Source: Candidatus Omnitrophota bacterium
Lineage (GTDB): Bacteria; Omnitrophota; Gorgyraeia; Gorgyraeales; Gorgyraeaceae
NCBI GenBank assembly: GCA_043821705.1
Contig: JBDRCN010000051.1
Coordinates: 28,007 to 92,006, forward strand
Length of the DNA stretch: 64,000 nucleotides
Direction: 5' to 3'
Shown here: one piece after another, positions 37,737 to 48,693 of the stretch
Numbering within the stretch: position 1 is the stretch's first letter
Layout of the letters: each line of letters begins with the position of its first letter
Position numbers and translations under genes: made by a program
Notes under the pieces: model-generated
The model's input: the letters and a program-made list of their open reading frames with translations, nothing else
What the model was told of the DNA's origin: nothing
The model's database searches: none

Positions 37737-37778
37737 TCGGGAAAGTGGGTTCGGAAAAAGTTGCAGGTTAATAAAAGC

Positions 37779-37807
37779 TTGACAGGTTTTTAGAACTGTA
37801 GTATAAA
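37779..37807 (+). promoter_or_regulatory. Sigma70 promoter of the riboswitch-btuB transcript
   Basis: TTGACA-17-TATAAA. Confidence 0.7.
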
Positions 37808-37830
37808 GAAGTTAATTGAATATTTATTTT

Positions 37831-37984
37831 TATATTGTCTAAGGGAAGCTGGTGAGATGCCAGCGCAGCCCCGCTGCTGTAATAGGGTACGAAAGCTAAC
37901 ACTAAGCCATTATCTGCTCACGAAGCGGACGAGAAGGCGTTAGCAAGTAGAGAGATCCTTAAGTCAGAAAACCTTACAGTATAT
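37831..37984 (+). ncRNA. Cobalamin riboswitch aptamer
   Basis: AGGGAAgctGGTGagatgcca..gcagccccgctgCTGTAA, gccatt..gagaaggc, AGTCAGAAAACCT B12-box; upstream of a TonB-dependent receptor. Confidence 0.9.
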
Positions 37985-38078
37985 TTTTCTTAAAAACCTC
38001 CGCGAAGGACGGAGATTTAAGAGTTCTATGATTATAAAGGTAATCATAGAGCGATAGAGGCTGATAAAACGTGGGATC

Positions 38079-38114
38079 AACCCTATACCATACAAGGTAT
38101 AGGGTTATTTTTTT
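38079..38114 (+). terminator. Intrinsic terminator, riboswitch expression platform
   Basis: aaccctatacc/ggtatagggtt stem plus T7, immediately before the SD. Confidence 0.8.
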
Positions 38115-38129
38115 GGGAGGAGAGATCAA

Positions 38130-40133
38130 ATGAAAAAAATAATATTGATCGGTATTGCGGCTGTAACATTATCTTCTTTTGCTTACGCAGAAGACAGCGC
38201 AATAGATTTGGAAAAGATAGTTATAACCCCGGCGCGTATGTGTCAATATATGAACGAGGTTGTCTCAAATGTGGATGTAATCACTAGCGATGATATTGCT
38301 GGCTCTAATGCGCTGTATGTAAAGGATATTTTAGAGCAGAAACTAGGCCTGAACATATACAGCAATAGCACCCCCAAGACAGTCAAGGTAGACATCAGAG
38401 GCTTTGCAGATACATCTGTAAGCAATGTATTAGTATTGATCGATGGCAGAAAAGTAAATTCCATAGACATGTCAGGCGCAGACTGGGTACAGGTACCTGT
38501 GGAGACAATAGAAAGGATAGAGGTCATAAAAGGCGCTGGGTCAGTCCTATATGGGGATAATGCAGTAGGAGGTGTAATTAATATAGTTACAAAAAAAGGC
38601 AGAGGCGATAAGGCCTCTGGGAGCGCAGGCGTTAAATATGGAAGCTATAACTTGATCAAGGAAGATGTTGAGTTGAAAGGGGAGTTTAAAAAAGTGTCTT
38701 ACTATTTCCATTCTGATTACAGTGAATCAGATGGTTACAGGGATAATAGCGATCTATTGGTAAAGGATTATAATACTAGGATATGTTTTGATGCCACAGA
38801 TGTTCTTAGTTTGGATTTTGCAGCTGGCTGGCATGAGGATGACTACGGCATGCCAGGAGGGCTTAATGACTCTGAATTGGCACAATATGGAAGACGAGGA
38901 TCAGTGGATAATAGAGATTTTGCCACTACTAAGGACAGATACATAAGACTATCTCCTGATTACAAGGCTGAATTGTTTGGCGTGGATTTTGGGGATATTA
39001 TAATAGACTTATTTTACAGGAACAGGGATTCTTACTCATGGTTCTATTATGGGGGCTTTCCAACAGCTACTAAGTATATGATAGACACGAAAGGTGTGAC
39101 ATTGAAGCACGTTTATAAGGGGGACCTTAAGGGCACCAGGCTTAACGTTGTGACAGGCGTAGATTATTATGATGTCGAGCATATTATCAAGCAGAGCGAA
39201 TGGGGAACAGATGATCTGACCATTTACAAGGATGAGCTAGGTGTTTATTCATATCTTGACTACGAACTATTTGACAAGTTTTTTATAAATACTGGAGGAA
39301 GGTACCAGACTGCAGAATATACTTTTGACCAAAGGGCTTCAAGCGTTAATTATGTAAAGAGAGAACCGAGAGAAAGTGTTTTTATGGGCGGCGCCAAATA
39401 CGAATACAGAAAAAACTCTTTTATACATTGTAGCGTTCATGAGACTTTCAGGTTTTTGGCGACTGATGAGTGGTATTCAACATGGACAGGATTAAATACT
39501 AATATCGATCATCAAACAGGAATTCAATATGAAGCAGGCATAAAACATGATTTTGACAATAAAGCCAAAATTAAATTGACCCCTTATTTAATAGATATAA
39601 AGAATGAGATATATCTCAATCCGAGCGTATGGCCCGGGAACAATGATAATTATGATAAGACAAGAAGAAAAGGGCTTGAAGTAGGCGTGGAAGCCAACAT
39701 AAAAGACATATTGGAGATAGATTTTCTGGATAAATTGTCTTTATCAGCAAACTACAATTACCAGGAACCAAAATTCAAGGATGGCTCTTTTAGCGGCAAA
39801 TATATACCTTTTGTCCCAAAGCATTCTTTTAACACAGTGCTGGAAGTGGGTGTTTTTGACGGTTTAAATATTTCAGCATCAGGCAGGTTCATTGGGGATA
39901 GGTACGCTATAAATGATACGAGCAATGTGGCATCCAAAGTGAAGAATAGCTTCGTATGCGATACAAGATTATACTTCATTAAGAAATACTATGAGATCTA
40001 CGCAGGAATTAATAATATATTTAATGAGAAATACTTTGATTACGCTGTTAAACCTACTGGAGCAGGTACTGCAAAAGATTACTATCCTGCACCAGAACGC
40101 AATTTCGAAGTCGGAGTAAAGTGTAAATTTTAG
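38130..40133 (+). CDS. btuB: TonB-dependent receptor, probably cobalamin (BtuB-like)
   Basis: Signal peptide, EKIVIT TonB box, plug IERIEVIKGAGSVLYG, C-terminal Phe; B12 riboswitch upstream. Confidence 0.88.
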   Translation: MKKIILIGIAAVTLSSFAYAEDSAIDLEKIVITPARMCQYMNEVVSNVDVITSDDIAGSNALYVKDILEQKLGLNIYSNSTPKTVKVDIRGFADTSVSNVLVLIDGRKVNSIDMSGADWVQVPVETIERIEVIKGAGSVLYGDNAVGGVINIVTKKGRGDKASGSAGVKYGSYNLIKEDVELKGEFKKVSYYFHSDYSESDGYRDNSDLLVKDYNTRICFDATDVLSLDFAAGWHEDDYGMPGGLNDSELAQYGRRGSVDNRDFATTKDRYIRLSPDYKAELFGVDFGDIIIDLFYRNRDSYSWFYYGGFPTATKYMIDTKGVTLKHVYKGDLKGTRLNVVTGVDYYDVEHIIKQSEWGTDDLTIYKDELGVYSYLDYELFDKFFINTGGRYQTAEYTFDQRASSVNYVKREPRESVFMGGAKYEYRKNSFIHCSVHETFRFLATDEWYSTWTGLNTNIDHQTGIQYEAGIKHDFDNKAKIKLTPYLIDIKNEIYLNPSVWPGNNDNYDKTRRKGLEVGVEANIKDILEIDFLDKLSLSANYNYQEPKFKDGSFSGKYIPFVPKHSFNTVLEVGVFDGLNISASGRFIGDRYAINDTSNVASKVKNSFVCDTRLYFIKKYYEIYAGINNIFNEKYFDYAVKPTGAGTAKDYYPAPERNFEVGVKCKF

Positions 40134-40144
40134 TTTTAGAAGCA

Positions 40145-40218
40145 GGGACGGTTCTTGAGCTAATCGGAAGAGTGTCCCCAGGCGGGACATTCTTTGCTTT
40201 ATCTGGAGAACCGTTCCC
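40145..40218. repeat. Nested GGGAC-type inverted repeats
   Basis: gggacggttct...agaaccgttccc enclosing aagagtgtccc/gggacattctt. Confidence 0.6.
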
Positions 40219-40262
40219 ACAGCTGTTGACAATTTAGCCTACACTTGCTATTATAATTACAA

Positions 40263-40952
40263 ATGTCAGAGAACAAACCTTTTAAGATCGCACTTCTTGT
40301 ATCAGCGCTTATACACTCGATCTTTTTTATCTCCTATCCTGGTATTAGGCTTTTAGCGCCTAAGTATACACCTAGAGACCTAAAGATCACATACTGCAAA
40401 GTAAAGGAAGTCCCTGAGAAAAAATTAATAGGTATAAAGCCAACAGAAAAAAAGATCCCTCTAAAAGGTATTAAACCTACCCAACCAGAAAAAATGCCTG
40501 AAGTAAAAAAAGAAGATATCCTTAAGAAGTCAGAGCCTGTAGAAGCAAAAAAAGAAATACCTAAGCCAAAAGTCAAACCTGTAAGCAAAGTAGAGGTCGT
40601 TAAAGAAGTAAAGTTTGAGGAAGTGATAGAAGAAGAGAAGGACGATGCTAAGAAAGCTACTTATATTAGTTATTATCGCTCAGTAAGAGAGAGGATAAGT
40701 TATTTTGCAACTATAAATTACCCAAGTTATAACCTAATACATGATGGGGAGGTTTTTTTAACATTTGTTGTAGCTTCAAATGGCGAGCTATTAAGAGTGA
40801 GCGTTGTAGATGAGAGATCCACTGATAACCAATATTTAAGAAAAATAGCTCTTGATAGCATAAGAGATGCCTCTCCATTTCCCATCTTCCCAGAAGGCCT
40901 TAATCAATACCAGATCACCTTTAATGTAATAATCTCTTTCGAAGAAAATTAA
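40263..40952 (+). CDS. TonB-family energy transducer
   Basis: N-terminal TM with S-x3-H, Lys/Pro/Glu-rich linker, TonB C-terminal domain (ASPFPIFP). Confidence 0.8.
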   Translation: MSENKPFKIALLVSALIHSIFFISYPGIRLLAPKYTPRDLKITYCKVKEVPEKKLIGIKPTEKKIPLKGIKPTQPEKMPEVKKEDILKKSEPVEAKKEIPKPKVKPVSKVEVVKEVKFEEVIEEEKDDAKKATYISYYRSVRERISYFATINYPSYNLIHDGEVFLTFVVASNGELLRVSVVDERSTDNQYLRKIALDSIRDASPFPIFPEGLNQYQITFNVIISFEEN

Positions 40953-40955
40953 TAT

Positions 40956-40982
40956 CCTCCGCAGACCCTGGGTCTGCGGAGG
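40956..40982. repeat. REP palindrome copy 4 (dispersed)
   Basis: cctccgcagaccc-t-gggtctgcggagg; differs from copy 3 only at the central base. Confidence 0.9.
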
Positions 40983-40996
40983 GGGTAAAAAAGTGC

Positions 40997-41025
40997 TTGA
41001 CAGAGAAAAGCAATACGTGTAATAT
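40997..41025 (+). promoter_or_regulatory. Sigma70 promoter of groESL
   Basis: TTGACA-17-TAATAT. Confidence 0.6.
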
Positions 41026-41038
41026 ATAGACCTCTTTA

Positions 41039-41065
41039 ATAGCACTCCTCGAGTGAGAGTGCTGA
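41039..41065 (+). promoter_or_regulatory. CIRCE element (HrcA operator)
   Basis: aTAGCACTC-N9-GAGTGCTgA upstream of groES. Confidence 0.9.
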
Positions 41066-41122
41066 TAATTAAAATTCATTAGGTTGCCAATAAAAACCGA
41101 ATAAAAACAGGGAGGTGTAAGT

Positions 41123-43067
<1,945 letters not shown>

Positions 43068-43092
43068 TCCGACCTAGTTCTAAATAAACATC

Positions 43093-43129
43093 ACCCGCGA
43101 GTGATATTATGTTGCTCGCGGGTTTTTTT
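43093..43129 (+). terminator. Intrinsic terminator of groESL
   Basis: acccgcgag/ctcgcgggt stem plus T-tract. Confidence 0.85.
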
Positions 43130-43145
43130 ATACCCATAACAGCAA

Positions 43146-43384
43146 ATATGTCAAAGCTAAAAGGAACCCTGTTTGCTCATATGAAAATTTCCCCTTCGGG
43201 TCACCTTTTATTCAGCATTTTTCGGGGCTCGAAGAACTTGCCACCACAAAATCTGGTGTGGTGGCTTCGGACAGCTTCGAGCCTTTTCGCCTCATAGAAT
43301 GTGGCATAAAAACCGAAAAATGCTTCATAAAAGTCTAAATTTCAAATTCGCAAACGAGGGTATCCGTTTTAGTTTTGACCATAT
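43146..43384. repeat. ~240-nt nested-hairpin MITE-like element
   Basis: Imperfect ~30-bp terminal IRs plus internal pairs agcatttttcgg/ccgaaaaatgct, ggctcgaag/cttcgagcc, gccaccac/gtggtggc. Confidence 0.65.
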
Positions 43385-43401
43385 AGGCCTATTGTCAGGT
43401 T

Positions 43402-43422
43402 GCTTCTAACCTGGTTAGAAGT
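43402..43422. repeat. Short palindrome cttctaacc-t-ggttagaag
   Basis: Odd-centred palindrome with the same architecture as the RAYT REPs but a different sequence. Confidence 0.55.
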
Positions 43423-43427
43423 GGCAG

Positions 43428-43521
43428 ATCAGCAGCGGGTGGCCGCGATTGGGGTCCCTGCAAGCGCGCAGCGTTTGGCGAGCACTTGCGGGGTGAATCG
43501 CGGACAGGACCCGCTGCTGAT
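43428..43521 (+). repeat. Structured GC-rich element, copy A
   Basis: Homologous to 47368-47454; three nested stems. Confidence 0.85.
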
Positions 43522-43538
43522 AAGTTACGGAGATTGCT

Positions 43539-43567
43539 TTGACAATGAACACGCCCTATGATATATT
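43539..43567 (+). promoter_or_regulatory. Sigma70 promoter of the MoxR operon
   Basis: TTGACA-17-TATATT with TG extension. Confidence 0.65.
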
Positions 43568-43592
43568 AATATAATAAAGATAGGGGGTATAG

Positions 43593-44531
43593 ATGGCGAT
43601 CCTTCAGGAGCTTCCAAAAAAACTTATCGATAATATTTCAAAAGTAATAATCGGGAAATTAGATGCCATTGAACTGGTAGTGATAGGGCTATTAAGCAAT
43701 GGACATATATTGCTGGAAGATGTTCCGGGTTTGGGCAAGACTATGCTTTCAAGAGCTCTTGCAAGATCCATTGAAGGAGATTTTAAGAGGATACAATTTA
43801 CACCTGATCTTTTACCATCCGATGTAACAGGTGTCTCTATATATAATCAGAAAAAATGCGAATTCGAATTTAAAGAAGGCCCTATCTTTGCAAATATACT
43901 TTTGGCGGATGAGATAAACAGGACCACGCCCAGGACGCAATCAGCACTTCTTGAAGCTATGCAGGAGTTTAGCGTTACAATGGATGGAGAATTGAAAAAG
44001 CTTCCTAAACCATTTTTTGTCATAGCTACAGAAAATCCTATAGAATTTCATGGTACATATCCTCTTCCAGAATCTCAAATAGATAGATTCTTGATGCAGA
44101 TAAAAGTCGGTTACCCTACGAACGAAGAAGAAGTAAAGATACTGGTAAAAAACTTGAAAGAACCCCCGATTGATAAACTAACCAGCGTAATAGACATAAA
44201 AGATATATTAGCTTTGCAAGAAGCAGTAAAGACAGTGCACTTAGACACTCATGTAAGTCAATATATCGTTAAAATAGTATCAGAGACTAGAAACCTTCCT
44301 GGAGACATAAAGCTCGGGGCTAGTCCTCGTGCTACCCTAGCTCTTATGAATACTTCCAGGGCTTTAGCATATCTGAATAAAAGAGATTATGTCATACCTG
44401 ATGATGTTAAAAAACTTTCTTATCACGTGCTTAACCATAGGATCATTCTTCAGCCGCGCTCGATCGTTAGAGGGCTTACACCAGAACATATCATCTCTCA
44501 TATACTGAAAAATATGGCTGTTCCTGCATAA
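43593..44531 (+). CDS. MoxR-family AAA+ ATPase
   Basis: LLEDVPGLGKT, RIQFTPDLLPSD, LADEINR, GTYPLPESQIDRF. Confidence 0.95.
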   Translation: MAILQELPKKLIDNISKVIIGKLDAIELVVIGLLSNGHILLEDVPGLGKTMLSRALARSIEGDFKRIQFTPDLLPSDVTGVSIYNQKKCEFEFKEGPIFANILLADEINRTTPRTQSALLEAMQEFSVTMDGELKKLPKPFFVIATENPIEFHGTYPLPESQIDRFLMQIKVGYPTNEEEVKILVKNLKEPPIDKLTSVIDIKDILALQEAVKTVHLDTHVSQYIVKIVSETRNLPGDIKLGASPRATLALMNTSRALAYLNKRDYVIPDDVKKLSYHVLNHRIILQPRSIVRGLTPEHIISHILKNMAVPA

Positions 44532-44534
44532 AAG

Positions 44535-45755
44535 ATGCCGAAGATCAAATGTATATCCCTTGCCTTCACTACCATTCTTACGTTAGCCTTTGCCTGGAAC
44601 ACAAGCGTTGAGCTTTTTTATACTTTATTCATATTAGGTTCCAGCATACTTATACTTTCTTTCCTGAGCTTTGTAACATTTAAAGCTAAACTCAAACTCG
44701 CAAGAACTGTCCAGGACATAGCATACGAAGATGACCTTATAAACGTAGGCATTGACATATCGAGCAAAAAGATACTTCCGTCTTATTCAGTGGAGATAAT
44801 AGATCATTTTAAAGGCGAGTCACCAGGGCAGACAGAAAAATCCATGTTCCTTTCAAAGTTAAAAGGAATGGGATCCAGGAAGATCAGTTATGTCACAGAG
44901 TGTTATAAAAGAGGGCTATGGGATTTTGGTCCCATCGTAGTGTCTTCGCAGGACTTTTTAGGGTTCTTTGAATCCAAAAAGAAACACAAGGTCTTTTCAA
45001 AGATCCTAGTGTACCCAAAGCTATTCAATGTACTTACTTTTCCAGAACCTAAAAGCTCGTCTTTATCCTGGATGGGAGTTGAGACAGCTAAGATAAGCGG
45101 TGATAGTCACGAATTTTTTGGTGTAAGAGAATACCAGAGAGGGGACCTGAAATCCAGGATCCATTGGCCATTGACCGCGAAACACAACAAGCTTATAACA
45201 AAAGAATTCCAAAGAAGCGCAGCGCAGGAAGTCACTATAATCTTGGACCTCGAAAAAGATCATGATATCGGGATAGGAAGGGATTCTACCTTAGAATATT
45301 CTGTCAAGATAGCTGGCTCTATAGCAAAGTATCTTTTGGATAAAGGGGTCTTTATACAGCTAATAGGGCACAGCAAGGAAAGAGATATCCTTCCGTTTGG
45401 AAAAGGTGAATCTCATATGCATAGGATATTGGAATATCTTGCGATGGTCACTTCAGCAGAAGGCCTAAAACTCAGCCATGTCCTAGATGAGGCGATATTT
45501 TTTACACCGAACCAATCTACACTTGTCACAATGGTCTTAGATAATGACTTAGAGGCGATATCCAATCTCTTCCAATATAAGATAAAAGGCATCAAATTAA
45601 TATTATTCGTATTTTCTGTAGAGACCTTTGGGGTTATCCATGAAACAGAAAAAAAACATGTTACTGAGTTTGAAGATACATTGGTAAACCTAGAAGCAGA
45701 GACCTATAGGATATCAAAAGATGACAATCTAGAGGAGAAATTACAGGCTAAATGA
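44535..45755 (+). CDS. DUF58 domain protein
   Basis: EFFGVREYQRGD..SRIHW..TAK; follows MoxR. Confidence 0.9.
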   Translation: MPKIKCISLAFTTILTLAFAWNTSVELFYTLFILGSSILILSFLSFVTFKAKLKLARTVQDIAYEDDLINVGIDISSKKILPSYSVEIIDHFKGESPGQTEKSMFLSKLKGMGSRKISYVTECYKRGLWDFGPIVVSSQDFLGFFESKKKHKVFSKILVYPKLFNVLTFPEPKSSSLSWMGVETAKISGDSHEFFGVREYQRGDLKSRIHWPLTAKHNKLITKEFQRSAAQEVTIILDLEKDHDIGIGRDSTLEYSVKIAGSIAKYLLDKGVFIQLIGHSKERDILPFGKGESHMHRILEYLAMVTSAEGLKLSHVLDEAIFFTPNQSTLVTMVLDNDLEAISNLFQYKIKGIKLILFVFSVETFGVIHETEKKHVTEFEDTLVNLEAETYRISKDDNLEEKLQAK

Positions 45756-47308
45756 GAGATACCACGGAGAATTCTTTTTATCATTGGTCAAACCTAGCGC
45801 TTATTTTGTTAGTTATATTTTCTATCAGAAGTCTTACAGGTGTCTTTATTTCATACGTACTCTTCTTGGGCTTGATAGTAGGGTTCTTCGTAAGTTGGCA
45901 TATAAAAGACATAAAGATACGTTATATAGGTGCTGTGATAAATATATTATCAGTAGTCATGTTTATATTCATAATGGGAGAGATGTTAAGACCTGGCCTG
46001 ACGTTTTTTGACATCATCAGGACACTCTCTCTAATGCTTGCTTGGTTTGCATTCCTTAAAAGTTTTAACATAAAAGGCTTAAGGGACTATGGAACATTAC
46101 AGATCATGTCTGTGACGATGCTAATACTATTTGCTTCTCTCAAGATGGAGAGAGATATAGAACACCTACATATCGTCCTATTGTTCTTTTTCATATTTAT
46201 TTTTACGATGAGAATGAACCTGCGCTGTGAAAAAGTGGAAAAAGATTCTTTTATGGCTGACAGAAAAGATAGGTCATCCATTGTGTATAATGACCTAGGC
46301 CTGGCAGTCATACTTTTTTTATCAGTCATCTTAATAGCGACATTGTTATACCCTTTTATCCCTAAAAAGGATAATTTTTCAGTGGATTTTTTACCTAAGA
46401 TGATCCCAAGCGCCTTTATTCAAAAGATCTCAGAGAACTTAATGGAGAAGATAGACTTTGACGATATGATGCAAAAAAAGTTGCCTAGGGATAAGTCGCC
46501 TCAGTCATCTTCTGAGCCATCAACTGCTTCATCGTCTGATCTCGTATTAGAGTCAACACCTCTTTCATCATCAAGCGTTTCGTCGTCATCTATTTCTGCG
46601 TCAGAATCACCTGCGTCTTCATCATCGAGCTTATCTTCCGCGCCATCTATCTCCGTAGATGCTATATCGCCATCATCTTCTGCATCGTCAAGCTCGTCAT
46701 CTTCTGAGTCGTCTTCACCATCTTCTTCAGTAGCGCCAGAGACAGTCAAGATCGAGGAAGAAGAGGAAGAATATGAACCTGAGTTATTGAGGAAAATAAA
46801 TTGGTGGCTTATTCTATTGCTTTTATTATTACTACCTTTTTTAATATGGCTTGTCCTCCTGATCTTAGTACCGCTACTTATTATGTTTTTGCCTTATATC
46901 TTAGTGGCTATCTATCTCATTAGAACTTATATCCGTAGATATGTACTGAGCAAAAAAGCTAAAGACAATCCAAAAGAGTTTGTAATGGATATATACAGGT
47001 CTTTACGTAACAGCTTGAGGTTTTATGGGCTGAGCATAACTACCCACCAAAGTCATATGGAGCTTTACGATGAATTAAAAAAACATAAGGCTGCTTCATC
47101 CGAATATATGCATAAACTGACGACTAATGCATTAGAAGCTAGTTTTTCAAATCATCTGATCACTAAAGAACACTCAAAAGAAGCTTTGACCTTATTTAAG
47201 ATCATAAGATACAATCTTCTGAATAATAGAGAAAGTACGCCTTTATGGAGGAGAATATTTTTTAAGTTAGCTGTCCTGGATATTACACTGGTTTCGGAGG
47301 AGTTTTGA
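45752..47308 (+). CDS. Multi-TM membrane protein with Ser-rich linker and DUF4129-like C-terminus
   Basis: ~6-7 N-terminal TMs, Ser-rich tract ~46500-46740, further TMs, C-terminal helical domain (LEASFSNH). Confidence 0.65.
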   Translation: MRDTTENSFYHWSNLALILLVIFSIRSLTGVFISYVLFLGLIVGFFVSWHIKDIKIRYIGAVINILSVVMFIFIMGEMLRPGLTFFDIIRTLSLMLAWFAFLKSFNIKGLRDYGTLQIMSVTMLILFASLKMERDIEHLHIVLLFFFIFIFTMRMNLRCEKVEKDSFMADRKDRSSIVYNDLGLAVILFLSVILIATLLYPFIPKKDNFSVDFLPKMIPSAFIQKISENLMEKIDFDDMMQKKLPRDKSPQSSSEPSTASSSDLVLESTPLSSSSVSSSSISASESPASSSSSLSSAPSISVDAISPSSSASSSSSSSESSSPSSSVAPETVKIEEEEEEYEPELLRKINWWLILLLLLLLPFLIWLVLLILVPLLIMFLPYILVAIYLIRTYIRRYVLSKKAKDNPKEFVMDIYRSLRNSLRFYGLSITTHQSHMELYDELKKHKAASSEYMHKLTTNALEASFSNHLITKEHSKEALTLFKIIRYNLLNNRESTPLWRRIFFKLAVLDITLVSEEF

Positions 47309-47367
47309 AATATTGCTCTTTCATCTGACAGCCTGTTTGGCATTCGAAAAATCGTAAGATTACTATA

Positions 47368-47454
47368 CCAGCGGGTGGCCGGGATTGGGGCTCCCCGTAA
47401 GCGCGCAGCTTTTCGCGAGCACTTACGGGGTGAATCCCGGACAGGACCCGCTGG
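47368..47454 (+). repeat. Structured GC-rich element, copy B
   Basis: Homologous to 43428-43521 with compensatory substitutions. Confidence 0.85.
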
Positions 47455-47464
47455 CACAACAGCC

Positions 47465-47493
47465 TTGACTTTTTACAAGTTTTACTGTATCAT
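47465..47493 (+). promoter_or_regulatory. Sigma70 promoter of the guaB3-dnaE region
   Basis: TTGACT-17-TATCAT. Confidence 0.65.
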
Positions 47494-47531
47494 AAAAAAA
47501 TTAACTATTAAATCAAACGGAGGTACATAAA

Positions 47532-48692
47532 ATGGGGATGTGGATTGGAAGAGGCAAGCAAGCACGTATGTGTTATGGCTTTGATGAAGTAGCCCTAGTC
47601 CCAGGGTCTTTAACAATAAACCCTAATGAAACAGACACTAGTTGGACGCTCGGTAAAAAAACCTATAAAGTTCCTATATTAGCAGCTGCTATGGATGGGG
47701 TAGTGGATGTAAGATTTGCTATTGGGATGAGTAAGCTTGGCGGAGTTGCAGTGCTGAACTTAGATGGCGTGCAGACTAGATACGAAAACCCTGAAGAGAT
47801 ACTAAGTAGGATCGAGAAAGCTACTTCCGAAGAAGCTACCAAGCTAGTGCAATCTCTTTATTTAAAACCTGTTAAGGAAAAGCTTATAATCAAGAGGATC
47901 GAGGAGATAAAAAAAGCTAAGCAAACTGCAGCAGTATCTACTATCCCTCAGAATGCAGAACATTATGGGAAGATCGCTCAGGAAGCAGGTGCAGATATAT
48001 TTGTGGTCCAATCTACAGTTATCAGCATAAAACATGTTTCCAAAGAATACAAGGTGGTGGATTTTGAGAAATTCATAAAGTCTATGAAAATACCAGTTAT
48101 CCTTGGGAATTGCGTGACTTATTCTGTAGCTTTAGAACTGATGGAAGCAGGAGCAAGTGCTATTTTAGTAGGTATTGGGCCAGGCGCAGCTTGTACCACT
48201 AGAGGGGTTTTAGGTATAGGGGTTCCTCAGGTAACTGCTACAATAGACGTGGCTCAGGCAAGAGATTTTCACTTAAAGAAAACAGGCAAATATGTGCCTG
48301 TAATAACTGATGGAGGCATGGATTCAGGAGGAGATATCTGTAAAGCTTTTGCTAGTGGCGCAGATGCTGTAATGGTAGGCTCAGCTTTTGCTAGAGCAAA
48401 GGAAGCTCCAGGAAGAGGCTATCATTGGGGTATGGCAACTCTGCATGCAAATCTACCAAGAGGCACTAGGATACGCGTAAATACGACAGGTACTCTCGAA
48501 GAGATACTTTTTGGGCCAGCTAAGCTAGATGATGGGTCACAAAATCTTGTCGGAGCTCTGATGACATCTATGGGTAACGTGGGTGCAAAGAATTTAAAAG
48601 AGATGCAATTGACAGAACTTATAATAGCCCCATCGATAAAGACCGAAGGGAAATTAATGCAGAGGGTCCAAAGAGTCGGCATGGGAAAATAA
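47532..48692 (+). CDS. IMP dehydrogenase-related protein, GuaB3 family (no CBS domains)
   Basis: YGFDEVALVPG, VGIGPGAACTTRGVLGIGVPQ, HWGMAT...LPRGTR. Confidence 0.9.
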   Translation: MGMWIGRGKQARMCYGFDEVALVPGSLTINPNETDTSWTLGKKTYKVPILAAAMDGVVDVRFAIGMSKLGGVAVLNLDGVQTRYENPEEILSRIEKATSEEATKLVQSLYLKPVKEKLIIKRIEEIKKAKQTAAVSTIPQNAEHYGKIAQEAGADIFVVQSTVISIKHVSKEYKVVDFEKFIKSMKIPVILGNCVTYSVALELMEAGASAILVGIGPGAACTTRGVLGIGVPQVTATIDVAQARDFHLKKTGKYVPVITDGGMDSGGDICKAFASGADAVMVGSAFARAKEAPGRGYHWGMATLHANLPRGTRIRVNTTGTLEEILFGPAKLDDGSQNLVGALMTSMGNVGAKNLKEMQLTELIIAPSIKTEGKLMQRVQRVGMGK

Positions 48693-48693
48693 G

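Noticed and set aside
43109-43297. Small ORFs over intergenic repeats (43109-43297, 47152-47457, 52085-52363, 22061-22246)
   Set aside because: No SD or recognisable motifs; they translate palindromic repeat DNA
46501-46749. Acidic 82-aa minus-strand ORF
   Set aside because: Antisense shadow of the Ser-rich tract
47368-47454. Purine riboswitch for the guaB-like gene
   Set aside because: Lies upstream of the predicted promoter, lacks the purine aptamer consensus and has a second copy before moxR
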